Below are positions 23,631 through 37,780 of a stretch of 64,000 bases of DNA, piece by piece (the stretch's first letter is position 1; every line of letters begins with the position of its first letter). Under the pieces are notes generated by a model. It was not told the origin of the DNA, ran no database searches, and saw nothing but the letters and a program-made list of their open reading frames with translations. This DNA is from Lineus longissimus. Taxonomy: Eukaryota. A program made the translations under genes and the position numbers. The stretch lies in contig NC_088308.1 in the NCBI RefSeq assembly GCF_910592395.1, forward strand, positions 2,232,001 to 2,296,000, read 5' to 3'.

Positions 23631-25950
23631 CAGAGAGTATGAGTTGAAAATCCTATTTTCGATTTAAAAATCGAAGACCTCGTCTAATGAGACTGTCAGT
23701 CTAAAATAAATGATGCAAAATCCGTTGCCAAATCTCATCATTATTCCGACGTGTTGCAGGAAATTGATAGGTATTTGTCAGCAACAGAAATCAAGGAATT
23801 CCTGATGGATACCGGCATTAGTAAGTGATTGTATGATGGATAATCGCAGCTAATCACCCCCTCTGTTATTTGCATTGATTTTTTAATCTATTCTACCATT
23901 AGAATTCCTGCTGACTTCGTGTCATTGACAGGTTGGTGTCATTTGTTTCTTTGGATTTGACACCCAGTGATACATTCGGAAGATGGCTGTGTTTGTAAAA
24001 GGTAAAACAGAATAAAACCTGTTGTTGGCACTCTTGCATAAAAAAACACATCGTTGAATCAAAACAAAACATCACTTGTTTGAGTATTGTCCTGAATGAG
24101 TCCACAAAGATGCGACTCGAAATAATCTTAAAGACAACAAAAAAGTAACATGTCAGATCCCAAGATGAGTTGAAATGTACACTGATATAGATGAAGGCAT
24201 TGGTTATTTCTAGCCAGGTAAGCCTGATATGGAGTTCATCATGACGTCTGCTGAGTTGAGAAAGAAACCCAAAGAAATGTCTGCCATTGTGGATAACCAT
24301 TGTCTGCCGTAAAAAAGTGCCTGTGGTTTGTTATAGTGGAGAACCCCCGTGATTTGTAATTGTATGAAACCGTTTTGGGTGTTATGGAGTACACTATAGG
24401 ACCATGCGCCGTATTCCATAGGGACCTGTGGCTCCATTGTAAGAAGGCGTACAAGTTTAATAATCGAACATTGCCGGGTTTGGCTGGAGAATTTGAATGA
24501 ACTGATGTGGGAGATCGATATACTGCTATGAGGCCATGCAGATTTCGCTGTTCTTGATGAAATTTTTGTTGGGGAGTTCTTGCAAAGGGTTTGGGGCAAT
24601 TATTTATGAAAAGCTAGCTAAGGACTGGGTTATAAATGGAGGGTATTTTCACCTTGTATAGCCTTTGGCACCAAGAGTAGTGAAACTCGATAAGGCCTTT
24701 ATCGATGATTTTGGTATAGGTGTAACATAACTGAACATTTGCATGATACAGAGGGCAATGCTATCATCAATTCATACCAAGTATTTCCCCCCTTAATCGA
24801 TTTGCCTCTTTTCATGATATAATTTAGTATGAACGACTGAAACCTTAATCATTCCTGAGTCGATCTGTTGAGTTGAGTAGTGTCCGTGACAATGACCAAT
24901 TAAAATCGTCCTCTGGCCTGTGATACTGATGATGGGTGTCAATGACATCACATCTGGTTTTCTCTCACACGAGATGGAACAAGATCTGGCATGGTCCGGA
25001 TTTATAGATGGGTATTGGAAAAAGTTACACTCCAGACTAGGTCTTTATGTTTTCATGCAAAATTGAGGTGGTTGCATTTTTGAAAAAGGCAAATGAAAAG
25101 ACAGGCAGTGTTTCGTGGAAATGGCAGAATATTATCGAAATTAGGCCAAATGTTGCATATAAAAAAGACTAAAATAATGACTGGTCTTCATAAGTTTTGT
25201 GTAATATGATCTATATGTGAATGAACACTGTTGATTACTTCAGTCTGATCGCCATGCAAAACTGTTGCCTGGTTAAGTACATCCAAAAGATATCAAAATA
25301 TAATAAATGTGTCTGTCGAGAATAAAAACGTTCGATATCGTACAGAGATCAGTCACAACATTTGACAAAAGTGCTAGATTACATTTGCGAGAGTAATGCA
25401 TTTTTAAAAAGAGACAAATTGCCTGTCAGAATTGTCTTTTTTGCCACACAATGTCATTAAGTCTTGCTTTACTTATACAATCAGATTGCACTGTCAGTAA
25501 TGTCTGAGCCTAGTTTAGCCAAATCAAATTGGACTCCAATACACTCAGCCAACTCCTAGCAATGTTCCAAGCACATGTGTACAGACAATAGAAAAACCTG
25601 TTTCAGGAAGGCTGTAGTGCATATGTGTACACTTATGTAGAGAAAGTTTCATTCAATATAGATTGGCTTGAAAACCTGATGAACAAAAAACTCCAATGAG
25701 ATTCAAGTGTGAAGTTTGTTGGCTTAACGAGAGGAAGTGGATTAGACAATGAAGTTTTCTCGTTGTAAATAGTTGATTAGGCAGTTCAACTGAAACAAAT
25801 TAAACCAACTTTTTATATTAACTTACAACTTAATTTTTTTTCCATTGCATTGCAGTTCAGTTTTGGCCATACTCTTTTGTCTCTGAAGAGGCTCTAAATG
25901 GTGCATACCACTGCTGTTTTGGGCTGGTATTAACTGGTAAAATATTTTGA

Positions 25951-26259
25951 CAAGTGAAAAAATATTTGGACTATGAAATTTTTTCATCTTTCAGAGTCAG
26001 TTCAAAATTCTTAAAAATTTTCAAAATCAAAAAAGTTTTGGGACTGATAATGTTGGTTCATTTTAAGCAGAAAAAAACAAGCGAAAAAAATATTTGGACT
26101 TAAGACATTTTTTCATCCTTCAGAGTTGAATTTTTCCATGAGTTCAAAATTCTAAAAAAATTTCAAAGCCAAAAAATTTTTGAGACTGATGATGTTTATT
26201 CATTTTGTGCAGAAAAAAAAAATGGAAAAAAAAATTTGGACTTGAAAACATTTTTCATC
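25951..26259 (+). mobile_element. Dispersed repeat with internal ~128-bp tandem units, copy 2
   Basis: GGACTGATAATGTTGGTTCATTTTAAGCAGAAAA at 26041 and GAGACTGATGATGTTTATTCATTTTGTGCAGAAAA at 26182; same family as 7232-7547. Confidence 0.8.
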
Positions 26260-26286
26260 TGTTTCTACGGCAATTAGGCCCTTTGG

Positions 26287-26477
26287 TCAGGTTAGAGGGG
26301 TGAATTTGGTCATCGGGACCGCCCACTCCAGTGGTCGTGGTCTGGGTACCGGGGTGATCGTGTTACCAGGGTCTTTGTAATGGTAATTAGAGAGGAAACC
26401 ATTCGGGACCGGCAATTCTTGGTCGTCATAGCAGGGTGGTCGCGTTACCGGGGTGGTCGCTGACCGGGGTTCCACTG
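26287..26477. mobile_element. Right half of a Tc1/mariner-pogo (Tigger-like) MITE
   Basis: Ends GGGGTTCCACTG|TA (inverse of TA|CAGTGGAACCCC); repeated GGTGGTCG/ACCGGGGTG subterminal motifs. Left TIR not found. Confidence 0.65.
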
Positions 26478-29284
26478 TATTAGGATTCATTTACAGTATA
26501 CAATCTGACTTCAATAGTACTACCTCAGACGCTACTTCACGCACCCCCGAGTCGATATTTTTATGATTGATCACCAGTGTCCGCTATTTCCTCAGCGGTC
26601 GGCTGAACACTCTCCGAACTGATAAGACGCGACAGAGAAAATGACCAGTCTGTTTCCTTTGCACTCTGGATTTCAATGACGGTTCATCGATCAGTCGTGG
26701 AAAAAATGGGTTGAAATGGCTGCCATATGGCTAATGGATTTAACATCTAAGATTGTACCTTTGTTCTTAGAATCAGCTGTGATAGTTCAAAATGCAACCG
26801 GGAATAAGAAATCAAAATGTTGGTGTTACGCTATCAGTCTAAAGAAAGAAATATGATTAAAAAACTGCACATAAATACACTGTATGCAAATTTTGTGTTG
26901 AAGATTAAAATTCTTTAGTGATTTCTCAATGCGAAAATAAGAAAATTTTGTTCTGAAACGATCTCGTCGAGGGCAAAGGAAATGAGGAAGGTAATTCGTG
27001 ATAAAAAGAAGATAAAAACACTGCATGGCATTAGCACATCATAGAAATGTATAGTACATCAAGATAAATGGCACTGTCGATGCAATGAAACTACAGCTCT
27101 ATCATGATTCCTCTCCGTGGCGCAACAAAGTACTCATGTCTGTCTGGCCGCATCAGTTTGTGAAATATAGCATGTGTGACTTTTTGTGGTTCGAGAGGGG
27201 ATTCCGTACTCCATAAATCAAGATACTGCAGACACCAGGATTAACTTAGATGCACTTTTTTGCACTTTTTCATCGCTATGTGGCTTGAGGTTGGGTTTTT
27301 TTCGTCACGTAATGTTGTTGGGATGGCCAAAGGTCTAATAAAACACTGTTTTCACTTCTATAAGGTCATTTGTGTCTCGAGCAACAACCCCTTCTCAAGT
27401 ATGCATGACATTTGTCACAGTTTTTACTGTCTAACATATTTTGGTTGCCTGATGTACATTACCACAGAGCAGTATCAGCCATGAAAATGCAGTGCCCTCA
27501 AAAATTTGTTGGGTTACAGTACCGTACCGGTATATTTCATGTTGAAATTTAGAAGTAGACAAAAGCATGCTCAAAATGTCAATTCTAGAAATAGGTTATT
27601 CCGCTTGTTCTCTGCTTATATTTCCAGAAAATATCACTGCCTCGATTGCTTTTAGTGAAATTATTCTTGTCTCGATTTTCATAAACTTGGAGACATTCTG
27701 TCTTTGAGATGTTTCAAAATCACATTATCAGTCTCCAATTAAAATTCTCTGTTTTGCCAACATGGCCTTGCCGGCAAAACTTGGCCACTCGCTCCCTAAG
27801 GCTCTAATAGAATTAGTAGTCTGTATTTCAGTCCGTGTTTAATCTCGTTATTAGAAAGAAAGTTGTCCAAGGATAAAAATCCCTGGTGTATAAAATTTTC
27901 GGTAAGACTTTATCAAAAAGTTTGTGGTATTTTATGATGTATCTTTTAATTGAATAAATGATTTGTACAAAACTGTTAAGTGACATTTTTGCTGTTATAC
28001 AGTAAACTGTCGTAAATAACATCACTTAGCCAACATCATATCTATGTGTTGCAGTCCTACACTGTGGTAACATCCCTTTACACAACTTTACACAACCCTC
28101 TACAAACATATCTAGAGTTTTGGTCAAAAGTAACATATTGTTTTGTGTACCAAACAAGATTCTGTACCACTTTTAATACATTTGTGCAAAATGATGGATA
28201 TTTCTTTTGACCACTACATTTTAGCCTGCGGCACAGAAATATCCAATCTTCTCTGTCTTATATTGCTCTTGCAGTAGCATCCATACCAACTGACCTTGGC
28301 TAGCGATTAATAGCGTTCGAGTGCTCAGAATACGTCGGCATCGCTTAATGGTTGGGACTACTTCCTGTCTTATTGCCAGACTATCTACTGATTTCTTTTG
28401 GAGAGGTGATTCTTCTTTAGTATCTATGGCAACAAGTACAAGTGTGAATTCTGTGTCAAAATAACGAAGCAAAATATTTTGAATTATTCAATACTAAACA
28501 GTAGAAGTCTCAGCGGTGTGAAGATTTCAAAGACAAAGAGCCTGTCAATTCAATCAGGCATGCACACGTGTCGATAATCACGCATTAAGAAATGGTTGTA
28601 TTTCATATGCCTCAAAAGTGTTAAATCTGACTTCACTGTACCAATGTATTTTGTTAACTAATAGTAATTACGTAGTAATTTCTGCAACATATATCACAAC
28701 TTTTCGAGACAGTTCAAACCCTATGTCATTACAAACACGGTCATTTGATAGAATAATGTCTCGAGTAATAACACAGCTTTAGCACCGCTCTCAAGATGGT
28801 AGGCAATTTCTCAAAATGACTTGTATTTCCCTTTCTAAGTGTCATCGATTATGTTGCAAATGTTACGATTTCCTCGGATGCTGTCTTTCTCTCGGTATAT
28901 ATATAAGTGATACAATGCAGTGATTTATCCATGGCATTTGTAATACAATCCCATCATCCTCCAATTCTGCTTCAGCAGTGGTCTTCAGATGGTGTTTTTG
29001 TCAGATGGTGTTTTTGTTTTTGTCTTTAACATAGATCACTGGCGCTAAATATGAACAATCTAACTCGTTGACCACTCGGTATTCTGGGAACCAGTCACCT
29101 GGTAAGGTGACGGAAGTAACATAATGATTGATCATTCGGTATGATTATTCTCCCTTCGTGCTTGGATCACATCGCCGCGACGAACTTGTCGGATATTAGC
29201 GGATGTACAGGGCGCACCGTGTAGTCTTCTCTGGTCATGGAACAAATTGGTTTCAATTCATTGATGAGAGAGTCAATGCAATGC

Positions 29285-29535
29285 AATCATTAGCAACTCA
29301 TTGGCAAGGCATTAAGATCAAGTCATTGGCAAGGTATTGAATTCAGTCATTGGTGAGGCATTCAACGAATGAGAACATTCCAGTCACTTGTGAGGCATTC
29401 AATGAAAAGTCATAGGCATAGGCATTAAATTCAAGTCGTTGGTTGGTGAGGGATTAAATTCAAGTCATTCCCAAGGCATTAAGTCAAAGTCATTAGCCAG
29501 ATGTTTAACACAAGTCATGGGCAAGGCAATCAATG
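29285..29535. repeat. Degenerate ~25-bp tandem repeat, about 9 copies
   Basis: Consensus approximately AGTCATTGGCAAGGCATTAAATTCA, recurring with substitutions and small indels. Confidence 0.75.
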
Positions 29536-30559
29536 TTTGTCTAGGGTGATTGATTCTCTATGAATCAAATTCAGTTCTCTTCTGCTACTACTCGAATAAG
29601 ATCAGCTGTTCTATAATGGCATTTAAGAGGTTAAATGCTTCTCTCTGAAAATTATCCTGTCTGACGGTTTGGTTCCCACATCAAATTCACCTTGGCAAGT
29701 TCTATTGACCTTTTGTTGCTCCTGCCGACATTGCGCTCTCCGAATCATTACAGCTTGGTATGCGGCCCTGCCAGCCAATTGTGCTGCAAAGGAAATGAAG
29801 AGTTGACTCAATCAGTGAACATATATGTCATTCCCCGACTTCGACGAGACGTGCCGCTCATACCGGGGTCGTGAGGACTTGCAACAGAAGCAAAACCGAT
29901 GATCAAATAGTTGAAATCACTTGACAAACACCGTCAAGTCCGCTTCTAGATATCATTGCTTGTAACTGCAGACCGCGACTGCTTCACTCATGAATGTCTC
30001 AATTGTTCATTTTGTTATTGTAGGATAAAAACCCAACTGATGAAGCTTGAGGAACTCTTTTGGAACAGTTTGACCTTCGATCATGAGTGCCCACTTCCAC
30101 ATTTCAATTTCCTTATCTCAAGAAGAGAACTTTTCCCAATTTGCTTTAAAGCAGAAAAAAACAGCTCTTAATGTGTTCAGCGGGTTAATCGTATGACTTC
30201 TTTGACTGACAGGCTGGCAAAACTTAAAAGATGGGGACCTGCAGGAATGCCAATGTCCTTGATATGAGTGTTCTACTGGAAGAGGTCTGGGGAGGTTGGC
30301 ATCTTCATGTTAGACGATCTCTTCTCTTCAGAAATTGAAAATAGCTCAGTCAAAAGCTGTTAAAATGGTTTTATCTGCCTTTAAGCAACTTAATGATTTC
30401 TTGAACTGACTGACAGACTGACATAAGATGACGAGCTAAAGATATAAGCAGTTAATACCGAGCTGGTGAGCCCTTGGTTGCCCAATCAAGACTTCTGAGG
30501 TAGACCGAAAAAGACAGACCAAAACCGCAGGCACCAGCGGAGGGTTTTGGAAAGTAATC

Positions 30560-30629
30560 AAGTCACCTCTTTATTCAGGACAGCATTTGTCAGCCCCAAG
30601 GGTGTCCAACTAATAGAGAGGTTCTACTG
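30560..30629. mobile_element. Fragment of a pogo/Tigger-like MITE end
   Basis: GGGTGTCCAACTAATAGAGAGGTTCTACTG resembles the right end of the element at 46031-46208 (GGGTGTCCATAATAGAGA...GGTTCCACTG). Confidence 0.5.
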
Positions 30630-32907
30630 TTTTTTGTTGAGAGGAGCAAGTCACCTCTCGGCCTTCATAAGACAAATTTCATTTGGAGAATTAGCCTTAC
30701 CTGCCCCCTCTTGTTATTCCCACGAGTAAGAGAGTGTCCTTCTGTCGTTGTGAAGTGGAGCGTGCAGTTCTGTCCCCATGAATGCATCATGTGATAATCA
30801 ATAGGCCGATTATCTGTCTGTGCGGTCTCATCAGGCTACTGGACTGACAAGGTCAGGCAGTCATTGGGGGAGGTCAACTGCGGCGTTTGGTAACCATTTT
30901 GCCGGAACCATCATTGTTTAGAAATCAGGCAAATACTATTTGAATGTTATTTTATTACTGACGGCTAAAATTTCTTGACTTAGAAGGAAGAGGCCATTTC
31001 CATTACGTCAGTTCTCAACAAGGTTCACCATTTCCCGACAATGACTGATATTTCAGGCGAATGCCTGTCACAATGTCCAGGTTGAGGAAAGTTGTTTGGA
31101 ATAACCAAGGAAGGTACTTAAAAAGTCTTCAAGTAGTGTGGGTTTGATATTTTCCAGAAATATCAATTTTTATGGAATTAAAAACTCCTGAATGTATCGG
31201 ATTGAATTAACCTCGGTTGCCCGACATTGTTGTAGTGCTTTTGGTTGTTTGTGTTTTGCATGATTCTCATAGTGTCATCCAGTGTTGTGATAGTGACGTG
31301 AATTGCATGAAGTGGGATATTGTAGGAGGAGCCTAGTTCCGGGTTGCTCAGGATCGCCGAGCAACGTAAATGTCAATGGGTTGAGTCGTGGGTACATGTG
31401 TGACTATGAGAGCTGAAGCCAACAGCAGATTACAAGTCTCGGGGCAGGCTGAAAAACATTGTCATCAATTAGTTATTTCTGAAAGTGTGGACAGAGCGGC
31501 AGGGCCATCACAATCAGTCGATCGGGCTCATTCAAATTACCTTGCCAAAAAAACTAATATAAGGCATGAATCCATAATTGGGAAATGTTATATCTTTTTG
31601 TTGGCTATCGAATCATGCATAAAACTTCTACCTCAGATATTATAGATAATATATCGTTGGACTTAACTTTTACAAGGATATGGTCAAGTCCGAGATATTT
31701 TTCATTTGCTTAGGACTTCGCTATTTTCTTATTATAAGTAATAATTAATGCGACTCGTCTGTCAATTATGATGCAATCGGTAAATGCGGCGTTGCTGCAA
31801 AACCTGATGGGCGAGTGCAATATTTGAGGCGAAATATGAATAATTTTAATTCAGATATAGAGTATTGTAAGATTGGTAGCGTGTGGTCTAAAAATAGAGG
31901 ATAGTTTTGTGGAAGTGATCGTGAAAATATAACAAAATCATAGAATATAAAAAGCTTTGAAGCTTTCATTGTGAAAGCTAGTGCATGGCTCATCTTGAAC
32001 TTAAGTTATAAAGTGATGTGTGTTTTTTAAAGGTACAAATTAAGGTTCATAGTGATATTTTTTTCAAGTGGTGTGATTTGTTTCTCTCTCGTGTCCGACA
32101 GGCTGCGTGCTGATGTACATAACAGTTGTTTCGTTTTATGAGTAGCATTTCAACAAATGGTAACAAGGCCGATACTAATATTAGAAGAGTCATATTAAAG
32201 TAAATGTTATGATACACATAGTGTTAAAATGGTCTGTCTTGTGTTCGAAATGTCACTGTATCTCAATATATCTAAAAATGTCCACTACGACAAATATGAG
32301 TGATTATAAATGACGTCAGGGTGGCTGTAAAACTTGAACTGTCTTTTTCTTGACTTGCTCAAGTTTAAAGCCGAAATGCTGAATTATAGGGTGATGCTGC
32401 ATTAGCTCTCATATCTAAAGATGTACTGGTATCTGTGTTTAAAAACTATAGTCAAATTGTAATAGTGTATAAGAAATAACATGCATGTCATTGTGTCTCG
32501 CAAGGCTAACCAAAGGTGTATACATTTTTGAAACTTGTGTAAATAAAAACAGAGATTTTTGGTTTTGGAATTTTTTTATGTCGGTACTTGAGTGTTTGTA
32601 ATAATTGCTAGCTACGATCAGACTTTTGAGACCTGTTTTCTAATTATATGCACCCTTCAATAAGGCCCCCGTATACCTCGAAAAACAACAACTTTGTGAT
32701 GTCATGAATTCACAGGGATTTAGAGCTAGAGACAGTTTATTTTGTAGATGGGTATCATTTATAAGTGTGCTTTTCATGGTCATAAATACATAATGTATAC
32801 CCCTTCATAATATGTCATGAAAGATTTTGAGAACAAAGTTTGCTGACTTTATTTTTAGCCAATTGTAATCAGTGTCTAAACGTTTTGGGCTTTTTATTAG
32901 AGATTAA

Positions 32908-33117
32908 CCCTTGTGGGTCTGAGGCTAAAGTTAAGATGTATACGTTCCGAAATTTTCGAAAGCTCCCAACAATCTAATGAAATTAGAGTGTGTTTGGTGA
33001 ATATTTTCTATGTTGTCACCGATATAGTTTTGGATTGAAGAGGAATCATGCTGGAAAAAAATGAATTGACGTCATAGTGCTATTGTAACCAAATAATCAC
33101 CCTCGGTCCTGCAATGG
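32908..33117. mobile_element. piggyBac-like MITE (210 bp) with TTAA target duplication
   Basis: TTAA at 32904-32907 and 33118-33121. TIR CCCTTGTGGGTCTGAGG versus right-end reverse complement CCATTGCAGGACCGAGG (12/17 identical). Confidence 0.6.
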
Positions 33118-34373
33118 TTAAACTCAACCACTCAGAGCTCAAGGCTTGGTCAAAATGTCGTCCTGTGAATTTGCAAAATGTAACTGAAAATCGTCTCAAC
33201 CTTACTTGGACTGTGGGACAAGTGCATAATCTACTACTCAACTTCGTCTGTCCCAGTTCAAGTTAGGTGGAATCGGATGTGAAAGTCAGCTGAGAAAAAT
33301 GGAGAAATATTATTGTGATGAAATGGTTTACACGGACAGTGCTCAATTTCGAAGACGACATAAGATTATTGGCTGACAACAAGGACGACAGTTGTTGCTT
33401 GTTAAGGCATGGATTTTGTACAGTGTGAGTTATTGCCAGCCTGGCACTTATGTCTGGTTCCGAGTTTTTAAAGTAGAGGGTGAAGCAGAAAGACATCTTC
33501 AAGTGTACACACATGGTTTGTAGAATATGTACATTTTCTGTTGCATACAAGAACGGCCCTCTACACTGGAGCTCTGTAACTAGGAACTATCGCTGGCCGT
33601 CATCAGCTCTTGCTACTGCTACTACTTTTTTATGCCAGCTCAAGCAAGATACAGACACAACATTTCCCTCTCATTTGTTCTCACCGATGAAAATGCACAA
33701 GCGTAAACAGAGAATCGAGTGTGGTAATCTTTCACCAGAAAAATGATAAATGTTGTCAGTATATCTCTGCAAATTGGATCTCCGCTTTTATTGAACATAT
33801 TTTATACAAATTGTATATAGTGGTTACCATGGCAACAGCTCATCTGCTCTTCTTCCACTTTAAAGTTGATTTTTCCCAGCGAACATGGCTTGGCGATTTC
33901 AGGCGATATTTACATCCTGTGGCTAGAGCCCTACAAGAGTGCCCCCTGTTTGATTAATTCATCCTTGAAATAATAAATGGCGGACTTAATACTTTATCAT
34001 TCTTTGCCTACCTTGGTAATGATAAAGCTTCGAAATGTAATTTGAGTAAGCCGGCCCGATATCCATCATCCGGCTTCCTCGATAGACCGTTTAGATTGGT
34101 CAGTCTGCGCTATTTTTAGACGTTATCTCTGTCTGCCTCATCAGACGTCTTAACTACATAATTCAGCATCGTGTGTTGTTGCCATGGTGATAATAAGCAA
34201 CCTGTCTGCCGATAAGTGGCAGTGCTGCGGCATTGGTCGGAAGGGATGCAGGCATTTTGGCCGGTCGATAGCGTGGTCCTCAGATTTGTGGTGCGGAACA
34301 GGAAGTGGGTCTGATACACTCTCTTCAAGAATCGAGTTCTGCAACCAAGAATCGTGTTGCAGACATTTCTGCT

Positions 34374-34692
34374 GTCCAAAAAGTTTTGGGACTGATGATG
34401 TTGGTTCGGTTTGAGGAGGAAAAAAAAACCAGTGAAAAAATATTTGGACTTAGAAATTTTTTCAACTATCAGCTGGTTCAAAATTTTTAAAAATTTTCGA
34501 AGTCAAAAAAGTTTTGGGACTGATGATGTTGGTTCATTTTGAGCAGAAAACAAAAAAACAGTGAAAACATTTTTTGGACTTGGATTTTTTTTCATTGGTA
34601 GGGTAAGGGTTTAGCAGAAAAAAAGTCAAAATTCTGAAAAATTTTCAAAGTCAGAAAAGTTTTGGGACTGATGATGTTAGTTCATTTTAAGC
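34374..34692 (+). mobile_element. Dispersed repeat with internal ~128-bp tandem units, copy 3
   Basis: GGGACTGATGATGTT at 34388, 34516 and 34664; contains the TTGGTAGGGTAAGGGTT head segment at about 34595. Confidence 0.8.
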
Positions 34693-37600
34693 AAAATTTA
34701 TGCTTTTCATCACCAACTGCCGCAGCTGAGTAAGATCGGTGAAGGGGAAGAAGAGGAACCTAGGTTTACAATGTTGTTTTAAGATTTGACGCATACAATT
34801 ATATACTGTACTTGTAGTACTACATTGTATCCTTATTAGGCTGAGGTGAGCCAGTGCTGGACCTTGGGTTCTATGCAAAATAGGCGTGAATTCTTCTACC
34901 TCTGATGATTTTTTATAACATCAATTTTTTTATAAATGTCGCTTTATGATGATGCTGTGAGTGAAGATACCTAGCTTGGCCACGTTTCACAAAAAAAATT
35001 TAAGTCAAAATCTATTGACATGAACATTCAAAGTGGAAGTGTCAATAGTATTAGCTCTGTTAATATGAAGCTTGGATGGTTCAGCTCTTTTAGGAATTGT
35101 AAGCATATTGGAGGAGAATTGTGTGCAAGTAGGAGGAAACCTTCACTCTTGGAGAGAGTCGGCCTTTCTATCACACCTGGGTATGGTCGGCTGGGAGATG
35201 AATGCGCATAGCTACAGGTGCGAAGGTTTATTTCAAATGTCAATTCTGCGCCACTCTAAGAGGGCATCATATCTTGCACAGGCAGGATAGACCAAAGATT
35301 TGCATGTCACGCACATGCAAAGAAATGTTAGTTTGGACCACGACTGTAACAACCTCAACAAACTTGACTTGATTTTGTGTGAAACCTGGCCAGATGTCCA
35401 ACTTGCAGAGATGTTTTAAGCACTTATTTGCCAAAGTTGTCTTTGCTAAATTGTTATCTAGATTTTAAAGGCCTACGCTGTTCATTCCAAATTTGAATTT
35501 GAAATTGAAAATGTTTATTTGTGTAGATACGTACTGAATATGAATTTCAACAATGGTTGTTGTGTCGACTGATCTTAAAATTCTAAAATTTGCATGCATA
35601 ATAATTGCACAAGTTTTCCTGAGCGTCAAGAATACACAATGAAAACAAATGGCCTAGGCCTTTAGTGTCAATGTTCCCTTCTTCAGGTGCTATGTCAAAT
35701 TTTGTGTTGCTGTCAATAGAGCTCAGATTGTCTCAATAGGATTGCGATGAGTGTTATTCGTGCGTCTATGAATATTTGTTATACGTTTTTATGTTGAGTA
35801 TATATTTGTTGAGCGCGGACAACTGATGTGTTTTAGGGCTGGTTCCCAGATTCTATCTCTCTGTCGAATATGGGAGTATTCATCATCTATCCCAAGAAAA
35901 AGTTGTCGACTAGGGCTTCACATTACATCATGGGAACTCTGCGCCAATCTGCATGCCGCTCGTTGACAAAACTTCTGCTGAGTTCAACAGACAGAATATG
36001 TCCCAAAAAATTGAGAGGTGTCAGCTAAATTTGATATTTTGTAAAGTTCTTTCACGGGATAGGTGATGAATATTTCCTCTATCTTTGTTACATTATCTCT
36101 TTACCCTGTTGATTTACTGGTATCAAGACTATTTGTTGAATTAAACTGTTAGTTGAAAAAAGTGCCAAAATCAATTCACATGTTAATTCTGTTAAAACTA
36201 TGTTACAATGTACATGTAAATGCTTTGAAATTTTAAGATCATCATGTTAATTCAGTAGAAAATGCTCATAATCTTTAATCTGAATCTATAAAAGTGCTTT
36301 AATTTAGAAAAAAGAAGGCCCTTGTAGTAATTAGAATGTTCGCTAATGTCTTCTTTCTTTTTATTAGGTAGATCATTTGAAGGCCTGTATGTTGAGCTTA
36401 GCGATTTACGGTAAATCAGAAAAAAACTCTTACGTATTACGTATTTGTTTCAATATATGTATGACTGGTGTTTGCGGAAGCGCCGATGCATCAATCAATA
36501 CAGATACATCATACATGTGCAATTTATGCTTTACCAGAACTCGCTAATAAACAATGGATGACCAAGCTAGCATAATGGCACAAATTACTGATTGTTTTGT
36601 GGTACTGCCCCTTGGTAAAACCCTAAAGTGTATTCCCGTCAACTCAGTTGGGATGCTGAGGTTCCCGAGGTGGCAAGCTCCCAAGATTACCTGCCAAGGT
36701 TAGCTCTGTTAATAAGACTAGTGCTGACATCTGGCAGAAATCGGGAGAACATCTCAAATTTATGTGGCTTTCCCCACATCACAAACTATTGACATCTTTC
36801 TTGCAACTGGCAGCTACAGACGTGACTTAATTTGATTATAATCGAGGCTTGGGGTTTTATTAGCAGTAACTAATTCTTCCTTATGCCATTATTTCAGAAT
36901 TGCCATCCTATGTTAAAAAACTAATGAAAGCCCTTTAAATGCCATTGCCCGACTCCCCACCCGAAGGATGTACGCCTTATTATTCATTTTCATTGGAAAC
37001 TTGAGATGATGGGGGGGGGGGGGGAAGTTGCAGTCAGCTATGAAAGCATGTGCCTTAGTTATGGATATTTTCTTGTGTATATACTGCTTGTGGTTGTGGA
37101 ATTAAGATATTGGCAGAGTCCTTCAAATCAATTTAAAATGTGGTATTAGCTGGCCTTTGGGCCTGGGATGTCACCTTTGGATTCATGATAATTTCTGTCA
37201 TCAATATTCACACTTTTGACTCTCACAAAATGTAAACCTCACAACTGTGACTGATTTTACAGTATTTGCATCGAATGCTTATTCTTAGCGCTGTAACTCA
37301 GTAACATAAAAGTCATTCTATGTCAGGTTGAAGTTGTTTCTGTTGTTAACAAATTAGAGACAATGGCTCGACCATGTGATATTAAGGCCCTGTATGCATG
37401 TGTCTTTCACTATTGTTATGGCGACGTCCTTGAATAATAATGTCTCAGGCAAAAACGCTGTTTAGGAACTAAAAATATAATCTTGTGACTGAATGCTTCA
37501 GGGCCATGTGAGTAATCCATTGTCAGTTAAATCCTCCATCGCGGCAAGGAAAATAAAACGATATAAGACACATCATATGCATCTGCAGCTGCAGAGGAAT

Positions 37601-37780
37601 TACATGTGTATGTTGTTAGATAAGCCTGCATTGTACTAACAATGAAGGCTACTCAATGCATTGTCCAGAACAAGATGGTTTGAGCACTTAATAAGCTAAA
37701 AAGAAGGGGAAAGACCCTGTCATTTAGACGATATGTTGTAATCTATTGAAATTGGCGGTAAACTAAACTAAAAAATAGTA

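Noticed and set aside
34510..34600. CTGATGA-TGTT...AGCA-GAAA hammerhead-like core in the ~128-bp repeat unit (retrozyme idea)
   Set aside because: No stem I partner adjacent to a UH site; stem III would rely on A/T homopolymers; the core is mutated in some units.
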